NCBI GenBank assembly: GCA_048938105.1
Contig: JBHLMN010000002.1
Location: 96,001-160,000 of the forward strand
Direction of reading: 5' to 3'
DNA from: Promethearchaeota archaeon
GTDB lineage: Archaea > Asgardarchaeota > Heimdallarchaeia > Hodarchaeales > Hodarchaeaceae
Length of the DNA: 64,000 nucleotides
Shown: positions 39,048 to 48,111 of the stretch, piece after piece
Numbering within the stretch: position 1 is the first letter of the stretch
Layout of the letters: each line of letters opens with the position of its first letter
The notes under the pieces: generated by a model
What the model saw: only the letters and a program-made list of their open reading frames with translations
The model's database searches: none
Told to the model about the DNA's origin: nothing
Made by a program: the position numbers and the translations under genes

Positions 39048-41513
39048 TTAAGTTTTAGATTTATTAATGAATAGATAAAAAATGAAAACTAGAGATATAA
39101 TTAAAACAAGAAAAATAAGAGGATAGGGAAATTCTGGAGTATTTGTCGGTGATTTGATGAAATCCCTTTTTGCCTCAGCGAGCCAGGTTACTGAATTGAA
39201 AATCAGAATACGATTTTGTGTTTTATCTCCAGGGTAAGGGTAACTGGAAAATCCGATATTATCGAAAATTAGATCCGATCCAAAAAGCAGGACTCTTCCT
39301 CCACTAGGGTCTTCATAGGATGCAAGAGTAGGATTTCCATTACATTTTGCAATGACTTGGGTATTATTTCCCTCAGCTTGGATATAATTACCCCAAAATG
39401 GGAAAGAGGGGATATCTGTAGTAAAAACCTGAGGATTAACAATGTCACTTAAGTAAATGTTTCCTGAAAATTCGCTTGTTATTTGGAGGTCAAAAGATTC
39501 AAGAAGCTTATTTAATCCTGTAATATTGAAATATGCTTCATTATTAGCAGGTAGTACCAATACTCCTCCACCCATTTCAACAAAATGTGAAATAGCTTTT
39601 GTAATATTTTCTGATGGAGAAAAATATTCAGGATTTGGATTTACAACCCAATCCATGAACTTATCAGTAGAGTTAGTAAATGGATTTGCCAAGATCAACA
39701 CATCATACTTCAGAAGTTCATTGAGAGTTAGTTTTCCTTTTACATGAGGGACAATACTGTAATTGTGTTCATAAGCTAGGAATTGTGTGAATGCTGAATA
39801 CATATTAATTGTACTGGAAGTATCGCCTTCAATCTCATAAGCAGAAGTTGGATAACCATGTTTAGCTATTCGATTAAAACTCTCATCAAACAAAATCTGA
39901 ACATTGGTTTCACGAATTTCGAATTCTACTATTAATTGAGCATTACTTATATTGATAAATCCTGAAACGCGTTGAGATTTCGTTGATGCTGGTATAGTAA
40001 AATCTATGGGAACTAGGGTTGAATGATTTATGAAATAGAAAGAACTAGAAGTACTAACGAAATCAGATAAAGTTTCTGAAATAGTAATACTGGTATTACA
40101 TTTCCTACTGCTGATTACCGTAAGATTAAACGTTACTAAGCTACCGTTAAATAAGATTTTATAGGGGTCAAAAGGTAATTTTTGAGGATGAAGATACACT
40201 AGATCAGGCGTACCATCTATTTTTTCCGTTGAATTTAAAATCTCTAAAGATCGATTAATACTGATAAAGCCCGCACCTTCCTCCCAGACTGGTCTTCCAA
40301 GTGTTTTCGAACCAGCAAGGAGAGCTGCTTTAATAGTTGCAGATGTATAGGAAATGCCTTCATCTTTAAGATAACCAATGATTAAAGCTGCCGCACCAGC
40401 AACTATTGGGGCTGCAAATGATGTTCCTTGCCCATCAGCTACATTGATGCCAGGAGCGGTAATATCAGGTTTCATAGAATAATCAACCTTTGGTCCTCGT
40501 GATGCAAAATCCCCAATATATGTTCCTGCAATATCACTGGCAGTTGCAGCAATACATTGAAGTGCAGTTGAAGGGTTATTCAATGTCCCTCTGTCGCCAA
40601 GTGAAGTCCCAGAATTACCTACAGAAACACTAAATACGATGTTATATATAATCGAGACATAATTAATAACCTCCTCTCTTAATCCATCTGGTAAATTGTG
40701 ATACTGGCCAAGAGAAATGTTAATCACATCAACAGAGTTGTTGATAAGATAATCAATGGCTTCAAGCAATCCTGCAGTAGTTTCTTCGTTCTTACCTCCA
40801 CCTGCGCCTCTAATATTAGGTTCAATAACTTTTGCACTATAAATTTCAGCCTCAGGAGCTATTCCAGTAGTAGTTCCCGCAGCGACACTGGCAACCTTAG
40901 TTCCATGCCCCATATTATCTTCTGGATCTGAAATATTTTGAGAGTACCCGTTCTTTATGCTTACAAACGATTTACGGCCTTTTATACGCGTTCCAAATGT
41001 TCCTGAAAGAATGTCTATTCCTGTATCAATGATACCTATCTTTACTCCTTGACCTTTAATACCTAAATCGTGTAAAAAACTCGCACCAGTTGTCTCCTTA
41101 AATTTTGCATTTTTACTAATAGAAATGGCGTTCTCCTCTAAAATATTACTAACAGAACTCTTTAGAATTTGGTTAATCTCTATTCGATAGATTTCTTTGT
41201 GATATTGTCTGAAAAAATCTTGTTTAATTAAGGAATTATTAAATTTAATATGAACGATGGGAAAACAAATGTATCTTTTAATAATTAAAGGTTCGTAAGA
41301 TCCTAGATTCGGGATTTTACGATAGAACATTATCAAAAGATCAAGAGAATGGTCATAATTTTTTAGACTATCAAACATTGAATTTTCTAATCTATTATCA
41401 TTCAAAGCTAAATTAGGAGGATATTTTTGTGACAATAGGGGAATGAAAACGTTCATTACGAGGATTAGGAGACAAAATTGTGAAAATCTAGATTTGTGAA
41501 GCATATCTTTCAT
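39048..41513 (-). CDS. Membrane-anchored S8 subtilase with C-terminal DUF4350/GATase-like domain
   Basis: IIDTG, HGT, GTSFAAP triad; N-terminal hydrophobic signal; C-terminal TM; start uncertain (41504-41561). Confidence 0.88.
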   Translation of the reverse strand: MKDMLHKSRFSQFCLLILVMNVFIPLLSQKYPPNLALNDNRLENSMFDSLKNYDHSLDLLIMFYRKIPNLGSYEPLIIKRYICFPIVHIKFNNSLIKQDFFRQYHKEIYRIEINQILKSSVSNILEENAISISKNAKFKETTGASFLHDLGIKGQGVKIGIIDTGIDILSGTFGTRIKGRKSFVSIKNGYSQNISDPEDNMGHGTKVASVAAGTTTGIAPEAEIYSAKVIEPNIRGAGGGKNEETTAGLLEAIDYLINNSVDVINISLGQYHNLPDGLREEVINYVSIIYNIVFSVSVGNSGTSLGDRGTLNNPSTALQCIAATASDIAGTYIGDFASRGPKVDYSMKPDITAPGINVADGQGTSFAAPIVAGAAALIIGYLKDEGISYTSATIKAALLAGSKTLGRPVWEEGAGFISINRSLEILNSTEKIDGTPDLVYLHPQKLPFDPYKILFNGSLVTFNLTVISSRKCNTSITISETLSDFVSTSSSFYFINHSTLVPIDFTIPASTKSQRVSGFINISNAQLIVEFEIRETNVQILFDESFNRIAKHGYPTSAYEIEGDTSSTINMYSAFTQFLAYEHNYSIVPHVKGKLTLNELLKYDVLILANPFTNSTDKFMDWVVNPNPEYFSPSENITKAISHFVEMGGGVLVLPANNEAYFNITGLNKLLESFDLQITSEFSGNIYLSDIVNPQVFTTDIPSFPFWGNYIQAEGNNTQVIAKCNGNPTLASYEDPSGGRVLLFGSDLIFDNIGFSSYPYPGDKTQNRILIFNSVTWLAEAKRDFIKSPTNTPEFPYPLIFLVLIISLVFIFYLFINKSKT

Positions 41514-41532
41514 TCCATGAACACAAAAGGTT

Positions 41533-42414
41533 TCAAAGCCAGCTAAGTACCGTTGCAACATTCTTGAGAGATGACTCTTCTAATTGAAGAATCTGAAGAC
41601 CTTTTCCAACTTCAACCATGAAATCTTTAGTACCTGCTCCTATCCATGGTCCAGAGTTCATAAATTTTAGAGATACTTCATGTCGTTGTTCTAGAGTTTC
41701 TGCTCCTCTGATTATATCGTCACCATGAATTGTAATTTGATTTAAACCTTCTATTCCTGATGTTTCTAGGGAAATTTTTATTTTAAGGTGAGTGAGAGCA
41801 AAAGACGGTTGTGTTTCGTCTCGGGTTTTAGTTAATGATCGGATTACTCTAGCACGAATAGGTTTTTGATTTACTTTATCTGGTTCATTGGTAACAAACG
41901 GTAATATTTCGTTTTTTAAAACCTCTATTGCTAAGTTCTGTGGTTCAATGAGAATTGTTTTCGCATGAGGTAAATAGATGAACCGAAATACTCTTCTGAG
42001 TGTTGCTGATCGGGAAGAAAACTCGACTAGGATTAAAATGGCATGTTCACTAAAATCTTTGATTGAATAAATGCCTTTAACCTTGGTATAATTTTCTGGT
42101 AGATATTTATCAACATCAAAGTTTCTTTTATGTTTATAAAGATTAGACAAAGGTTTGGGTTTAGAGATTTGAAAGACTTTCCACCAGACATTCGAGACAT
42201 CGAGTACCTCTGAAAGTTTTCTTAGTTGTTTAAGCTTAGAATCCTTCATATTTTTGACAAGTTTTATGGTTGTATCTCGATTCTCGCTAGAAAGGAGTCC
42301 ATTTGGCTTTAACTCGACTGTAGTATGTTCCCACTTATCTATCAATCGTTTAAAGTAGTTTGTAGGAAGATGTGTTAAATACGCATAATCGGCCTCAGTG
42401 ACCACAAAACCCAC
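41533..42414 (-). CDS. Hypothetical protein
   Basis: 293-aa ORF between the Rab-like and S8 genes. Confidence 0.7.
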   Translation of the reverse strand: MGFVVTEADYAYLTHLPTNYFKRLIDKWEHTTVELKPNGLLSSENRDTTIKLVKNMKDSKLKQLRKLSEVLDVSNVWWKVFQISKPKPLSNLYKHKRNFDVDKYLPENYTKVKGIYSIKDFSEHAILILVEFSSRSATLRRVFRFIYLPHAKTILIEPQNLAIEVLKNEILPFVTNEPDKVNQKPIRARVIRSLTKTRDETQPSFALTHLKIKISLETSGIEGLNQITIHGDDIIRGAETLEQRHEVSLKFMNSGPWIGAGTKDFMVEVGKGLQILQLEESSLKNVATVLSWL

Positions 42415-42449
42415 TCCTATTGTTTAATTTCATTAAACAAAACCTACTT

Positions 42450-42992
42450 TTATATTTCATCGAAAAAACTTTGGGCTAGGGTCTTAAAAGCCTCATCGAC
42501 TTGAATATTTTCTTTAGCTGAGGCTGAAATATGTTCTTTTGCGTTTATTTCTTTTGCGAGTTGGATCCCTTCCTCTTCCTCTATCATTCGATAATCTTCG
42601 AGATCAGATTTGTTACCAACTAAAATTGTTTGGATTGCGGATTTCGTCTTGTCTGATTGGCCACAAAATTCCATTAATTCTTTATACCAAGGATCTTTTA
42701 TATTCTCCAATGTTTCAGCGCGAGTGACATCGTAAACAAACATTGCTAAATGGGCACCCTTGAAGAACATATGTCGAATGGCGGCAAATCGTGCTTGGCC
42801 ACCAATATCATTGATTGATAGGGTTACTGTTCGACCATCATCCAATTGAATTTGTTTTGAAGAGATGTCTAGCCCAACTGTCAGTTGGTAGGAATGTCGA
42901 AAGCGTGCGTGAACGAACTGCGAAATTAATGAAGTCTTACCTACTCCTGGATCACCAAGAAGCACTAATTTAAGCACTAATTTTTGTTTCAT
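42450..42992 (-). CDS. Rab-like small GTPase
   Basis: GDPGVGKT, TVG, DIGGQ, NKSD, SAK; RabF-like RFAAI and FFKGA; no C-terminal Cys. Confidence 0.92.
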   Translation of the reverse strand: MKQKLVLKLVLLGDPGVGKTSLISQFVHARFRHSYQLTVGLDISSKQIQLDDGRTVTLSINDIGGQARFAAIRHMFFKGAHLAMFVYDVTRAETLENIKDPWYKELMEFCGQSDKTKSAIQTILVGNKSDLEDYRMIEEEEGIQLAKEINAKEHISASAKENIQVDEAFKTLAQSFFDEI

Positions 42993-43223
42993 ACGAATTT
43001 CAATCCCTGAACCTGCTTTGTAACTGGATATTTCTATCTCATCCGTTTTTACTATTATTTCTTTATTATGAATAAATAATGCGTGTTGATTTTTTTTACT
43101 TTCGAAATTCCAATCTTTTTTCTGTAACTAAAGTGGATGTTGTTCAATTGGTCGATCAACATTTTGAGTATTGTCATTTTATTTCTATGATAGTGACTCC
43201 TTCTGTATTCAGCAGTCTATATT

Positions 43224-43982
43224 TCAATCAAATTTTGTTTTCAAGTGTCTTAAATGCCGTGTTTGCCAAACCTTATTAACGAAAGGTGGCGAAAAAGCAA
43301 ATCGGAAAACCAGTGACATCCATCTGAAGGTGTCAATTAATGGACGAATTCTTGATTTCCGTCGGGTTTCAGGATACAAAGTCATTATAGGAATACCAAT
43401 AATTTTTACATTTAATAACCAGGCAACTAGTAAAATTTCTGTTTCTAAATCGAATTTATTCCTTTTAAGGCCATATTGAAGTATATGATGCAACGTTTTA
43501 GTCTGATAACACCTAAAACCGCACTGTAAGTCAAGTAGATTCCAATCTAACCAATAATTAGACCAGTTTGATGTTAATTTGTTTGAAATCCAATTTATTG
43601 CAGGCATTTGATTGTAATCACGCATTCCTATAATGATTTCAGCTTCTGAGTATTTCTCAATAGTTTGGAAAAACCGAGGGATATCTCGAGCATCATGTTG
43701 TCCATCAGCATCCAAAGTTATTATCCATTTTACATTAGGGAATCTTTGAACGATAATAGCAAAAGAACTTCGTAAAATGTGTCCTTTTCCTTTATTATTA
43801 CTGTTTCTGATAATTCTGATGCCTAATTCGTGTGCTATCTTAGAAGTTTTATCTGTAGATCCGTCATCAGCAAGAATTATTTCATCACGGGAGAAAAATT
43901 CATCAAGCTGTTGAATTACTCCAGGTAAAGTATCTTCTTCGTTAAACGCTGGTAAAATAACCAGGAAGTCACCTTTTTTCAA
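43224..43982 (-). CDS. GT2 glycosyltransferase (Dol-P-Man synthase-like)
   Basis: LPAFNEE, DDGSTD, NKGKG, LDADGQH, DLQCGFR. Confidence 0.92.
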   Translation of the reverse strand: MKKGDFLVILPAFNEEDTLPGVIQQLDEFFSRDEIILADDGSTDKTSKIAHELGIRIIRNSNNKGKGHILRSSFAIIVQRFPNVKWIITLDADGQHDARDIPRFFQTIEKYSEAEIIIGMRDYNQMPAINWISNKLTSNWSNYWLDWNLLDLQCGFRCYQTKTLHHILQYGLKRNKFDLETEILLVAWLLNVKIIGIPIMTLYPETRRKSRIRPLIDTFRWMSLVFRFAFSPPFVNKVWQTRHLRHLKTKFD

Positions 43983-44444
43983 AATTAGACTCTCAATAAA
44001 TTAAAATTTAGCTTTGGAATTATTTTTCATTCTTTTTACATATATATTATCATAAAAAATCGATAGAAATACGTAATTCTAGTTATTAAAACAAAGCTAA
44101 AATTCCAAATATCTTCAATCGTGCCTTATGTTGTATATATCATACTAATCAGCTGAAAAAGATCGTAATTAAACTTTTTTATTACGTAAAACCACGGTAA
44201 TATCATTAAAAAGAGAATCATAATGAAAATAACTCAAATTTCACAGTTTCAATCATCAAAGAAAATTGAAATGAATGAATTATTTTCATCATTCGTAATA
44301 ATTTTCAGAATAATTAAAAAGTTCAAAAAATTTCGAATAAATGGGTTTCGTTACAAAATTTCTTTGTGGATATTTTTGTTTTCATTGAAATTGGTTACCA
44401 CACCATCCTATTAAAATCTAATCAACTTTTAAGTTGAAATATAT

Positions 44445-45221
44445 GTGAATATCAACGAAAAGTCAAGTTATTCAGATGATAAAGGTAGAATTCGCATGCG
44501 TGCTGAAAAATCAGTTTCTAAACTTGTTCGAGAGATTCTTGAACAAGATCCGTCTCTTGTTCATGAACTTCAACAGCGAAAAACCGCTCAACGAGAAATT
44601 GCGAAAAAAATAAAATCTCAACTAATGGATGATGGAAATTTCACTTCTAAGGATCCTGTGAAATTAGAGGGAAATGTTGCAGTTGCGATTACTCGTTATC
44701 TTAAAAAATTACGCACACAGCAAGAAGAAATGTTAGGTGTAAAGCTAGTTCAAAATATTCTAAAAAAAGGTACTACAGAAGTCATGGATGGATTAAAACA
44801 CTACAAGATAAATTTTCGTGAGGATACAGATATCCATAAGATTATGGATTTAATTATCAAACAAATAGAACGTGAAGATATTTTTTCAGTGTATCTAAAC
44901 CGTCAATGCATCGAATTATATGTTAAAAAGATGACTGAGCAGGCTTTTCTAAACGAAATATCAGAGTTCAAAGTTGTCGATACTCTTAAGCTTCAAGATT
45001 CTCTTAGTCTACTTAAACTAATGCTGCCTAACCAAGCTCAAGAAATTCCTGGTATTTTAGCACATGTTTCTTCCTTACTTGCAGATCAAGCTATATCATT
45101 ATACGATACAATGGTTCAACATACTGATCATTTGAGCATTATTTTTGTGATAAACGAGCAACACGCTTCAAAAGCAAGAGATATTCTTTTAAAATTAAAT
45201 AATGAAAATATGAGGGCATGA
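44445..45221 (+). CDS. ACT-domain regulatory protein
   Basis: Helical N-terminus; C-terminal ACT-like EIPGILAHVSSLLADQAISL...IIFVINE; start may be later (MRAEKS). Confidence 0.7.
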   Translation: MNINEKSSYSDDKGRIRMRAEKSVSKLVREILEQDPSLVHELQQRKTAQREIAKKIKSQLMDDGNFTSKDPVKLEGNVAVAITRYLKKLRTQQEEMLGVKLVQNILKKGTTEVMDGLKHYKINFREDTDIHKIMDLIIKQIEREDIFSVYLNRQCIELYVKKMTEQAFLNEISEFKVVDTLKLQDSLSLLKLMLPNQAQEIPGILAHVSSLLADQAISLYDTMVQHTDHLSIIFVINEQHASKARDILLKLNNENMRA

Positions 45222-45237
45222 GGAGGGAAATAAGGGA

Positions 45238-45888
45238 TTGCCATCAAAGAAGATAGTAATACTTGGTGCTCCTGGTTCAGGGAAAGGAACACAAGCAAAA
45301 TTCATAATGGAAAACCTTAACATACCTCAAATTAGTACTGGTGATCTCTTACGAGCTGCAATTAAGAATCGGTCAGACCTAGGTTTGAAGGCAGAAAAAT
45401 TCATGAATAAAGGAAAATTGGTCCCTGATACTATAGTATTAGAACTTCTTAAGGAAAGACTTGATCAAAATGATTGCAAACAAGGATTTATTTTAGATGG
45501 ATATCCTCGTAATTTGACTCAAGCCCAAGATCTCAAAAAAATTACTGATATTGATTTGGTCATTAATTTAGATGTAAACTATAACTTGTTAATCGAACGA
45601 ATTACGGGTCGCCGAACCTGTAAACAATGTGAAGCAATTTATCATATAAAATACAACCCCTCAAAAGAGAACGGAATATGTGACAAATGCTCAGGGGAAT
45701 TATACCAAAGAGAGGATGACACTGAGGAGATTGTGAAACAGAGGATTAATACTTATGAAATTGAGACTAGACCTCTTATTGAGTTTTACAAACAACAAAA
45801 GATTCTAGATACCCTATTAAGTGATGGATCTATAACTGAGATGAAGCAGAAGATTTCAAAGCTTTTAGCAACAAAATTTCATCTCTAG
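45238..45888 (+). CDS. adk: Adenylate kinase, bacterial type with zinc lid
   Basis: GAPGSGKGTQ, STGDLLR, GFILDGYPR, CKQC...CDKC, REDD. Confidence 0.96.
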   Translation: MPSKKIVILGAPGSGKGTQAKFIMENLNIPQISTGDLLRAAIKNRSDLGLKAEKFMNKGKLVPDTIVLELLKERLDQNDCKQGFILDGYPRNLTQAQDLKKITDIDLVINLDVNYNLLIERITGRRTCKQCEAIYHIKYNPSKENGICDKCSGELYQREDDTEEIVKQRINTYEIETRPLIEFYKQQKILDTLLSDGSITEMKQKISKLLATKFHL

Positions 45889-45996
45889 CATTCTTTGTTA
45901 AAGAGTATTCAATTGTATAGGGTTAATTTTTGATTTATTTTATAAGTTCTAAATAAAAATCAACTATTGGCTTAAAAATACTAATAGAATTTTGTT

Positions 45997-47910
45997 TTAG
46001 AAAAGCTGATCAATTTGAGTAACAAGTTTGACCATCACTGAAACGTTAACTTCTCTAGGGTCACCATTCACCAAAAATATGATCTTTTCGCCCCTATCAG
46101 GATTTGATTGAAGTAGGAAGGAGCAGATCTCGGCATCTGCGGGGTTTTCGGCAAAAAAGATTAATTTTCGACTTTTACGTATCAATCCTTTAGTAGCAAT
46201 AATGTCTGGTTCTGAACCTCTTTCTGTAAGATTTGTAAAATTTAGTTCAACCGCCCAACCTGCTCTTTGTAAACGTCCAACAACTTCTGTACGAACATTT
46301 TCATCCTGAAAGGTTACTGGAGGTGTAAAATCAATTTCTTGATGAAAATTCTCAATTGGTTGAGTTATTGGTTCTTCAAAGGCCGTATATTCAACTTCTG
46401 TAGGTTCATGTGGCGGTATTGATGTAATAGAAGAAGTTAAAGTTGTAGACTCTTGAGGTAACTGATGTGCTCTAAATAACCTCTCTAAAGCCATTGCCTT
46501 TTCTTGGTCATGTTCATATGTAGGTTTGGGAGTAATTATACTCTCTGAATCTTGAGGTAATTCAACTGATTTAGTTTCTTGTGTTTCAGTATAAAGTGGT
46601 TCTTGTCTAATCAATAGCGGAGGGGTTTCCTCTGAAGAGTCAAATAACTCTTGAAGCACTTCTATGGAAGGGGATTTTAATTCAGTTACTGCTGATGATT
46701 CAGGAGCTGAAATTTCTAACTTAGGTATTTGCAAGCTAACTACATCTTCCTGTTTTATAGGGGATTCTTGAGAGGGTATTTTTACTTCTGGTAATAATTC
46801 TTCAATAGGAAGATCAAGAGCTTTGCGAGAAAAACGTAGATCAGCTTGTATTAATCCTCTTTTACGAGATATTTCAAGGAGTTCTCTAATTTCTAGGATT
46901 TTTTTGCTTAGTTCAAGTTTTAATTCCCCCATTTGTTGCTTTGAAACTTGATTTATGTAATATTCGGCTTCAGAGTAATGTTCTCCTTCTAATGCGTGGA
47001 TTGTCAGGAGAAGAATGGATTTAATGATGTATTCTTCAGTATTAGTATCAATTTTGAATTGAATTATCTTTTTAAGCGACTTATTTCGCTGCCAAATTTT
47101 TCCCAGTCTTTCTAAAATCATGGCTTTTTCATATTGTGCTTTGATTATCCAAAAAGAATTTTCAGTAAAGGTATATTTTTCAATACAGAGATCTAGACAT
47201 GCAATTGCTTTCTCTAGATAACTTCTTTGGAGATAGTTCACTGCAATTTCATAAGATACCAATGCTTGAAAACGAGCAATTTCCATTTGAGTATTGGTGT
47301 CCTTGATAATACCTGCTTTATCAAAAGCTGTTTGTAAAATATCCAGAGTAAATTCTTTCATTTCTTCTTGATAGTAAAGATAAGCTGAATTTCTATAAAG
47401 ATTAATAGCAACATGAGCCTCGTCTTCTAAATCCGCAGCAATCCTAAATAATTTTGCAGAAGAGATATTATTTCCAATTTTACTGTAAGAAAATGCTAAA
47501 TTACGAGCCACTATTGAAATAGCTTCTAAATTAACCTCCGCTACCTTACTTCTAGCCATTGTAAGAGCGTTCTTTAAAATAATGATAGAACACTCAAATA
47601 ATTTAATTTTCTGAAATTCAATCCCTAATCCTAGCAAAACAGAAGAATAGGCCAATGGGTTTACTGGTGTCATAGGGAAAAATTCAGTTGCAGTATTGAT
47701 GTGTTCAAGCGCTGCTTCTGGATGTCCTTTCTTACCGAGAGCTAAAGCCAAATAGGAGTAAGAAATTCCGATAATGCTATTAAGTGAAAGCTTATGTGCA
47801 ATTTGAGCAGCTCGTTCGAAAGAGTGTACCGTAAGATCGAGGTTGTTTTCTAATAGAGCTTGTCTACCTTGTTTTATTATTCGATTAAGTTCTTCTCTAA
47901 GCTCAGTCAT
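45997..47910 (-). CDS. TPR protein with acidic Pro/Glu linker and C-terminal degenerate PD-(D/E)XK-like domain
   Basis: TPR-like helices; C-terminus LQRAGWAVELN...EPDIIATK. Confidence 0.6.
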   Translation of the reverse strand: MTELREELNRIIKQGRQALLENNLDLTVHSFERAAQIAHKLSLNSIIGISYSYLALALGKKGHPEAALEHINTATEFFPMTPVNPLAYSSVLLGLGIEFQKIKLFECSIIILKNALTMARSKVAEVNLEAISIVARNLAFSYSKIGNNISSAKLFRIAADLEDEAHVAINLYRNSAYLYYQEEMKEFTLDILQTAFDKAGIIKDTNTQMEIARFQALVSYEIAVNYLQRSYLEKAIACLDLCIEKYTFTENSFWIIKAQYEKAMILERLGKIWQRNKSLKKIIQFKIDTNTEEYIIKSILLLTIHALEGEHYSEAEYYINQVSKQQMGELKLELSKKILEIRELLEISRKRGLIQADLRFSRKALDLPIEELLPEVKIPSQESPIKQEDVVSLQIPKLEISAPESSAVTELKSPSIEVLQELFDSSEETPPLLIRQEPLYTETQETKSVELPQDSESIITPKPTYEHDQEKAMALERLFRAHQLPQESTTLTSSITSIPPHEPTEVEYTAFEEPITQPIENFHQEIDFTPPVTFQDENVRTEVVGRLQRAGWAVELNFTNLTERGSEPDIIATKGLIRKSRKLIFFAENPADAEICSFLLQSNPDRGEKIIFLVNGDPREVNVSVMVKLVTQIDQLF

Positions 47911-48111
47911 ATTATTCTATCCAAATTTATGATAGTGTTCCTAAACTTAAGTTTAACTCATCTTTGATTGATAAAAGCAAACTTAAAAAAATAAAGACAA
48001 ACTCCTCCATTTAGACCAATCTTAGGAGTTTTACGGCTGAATCCTCCTGTGAGAAGAAAATTTTCCAGTGATTCGAGAGAAAGTCCGAGACATCAGAGTA
48101 CGGTGAAACCA

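Noticed and set aside
42960-42984. AGCACTAATTT tandem duplication
   Set aside because: Simply encodes KLVLKLVL at the GTPase N-terminus
44223-44414. 63-aa ORF in an AT-rich intergenic region
   Set aside because: Low-complexity K/F/I composition, no SD, probably spurious
48075-48091. GAGAGAAAGTCCGAGAC resembling RNase P CR-I
   Set aside because: No room or downstream conserved regions for an RNase P RNA; runs directly into a CDS
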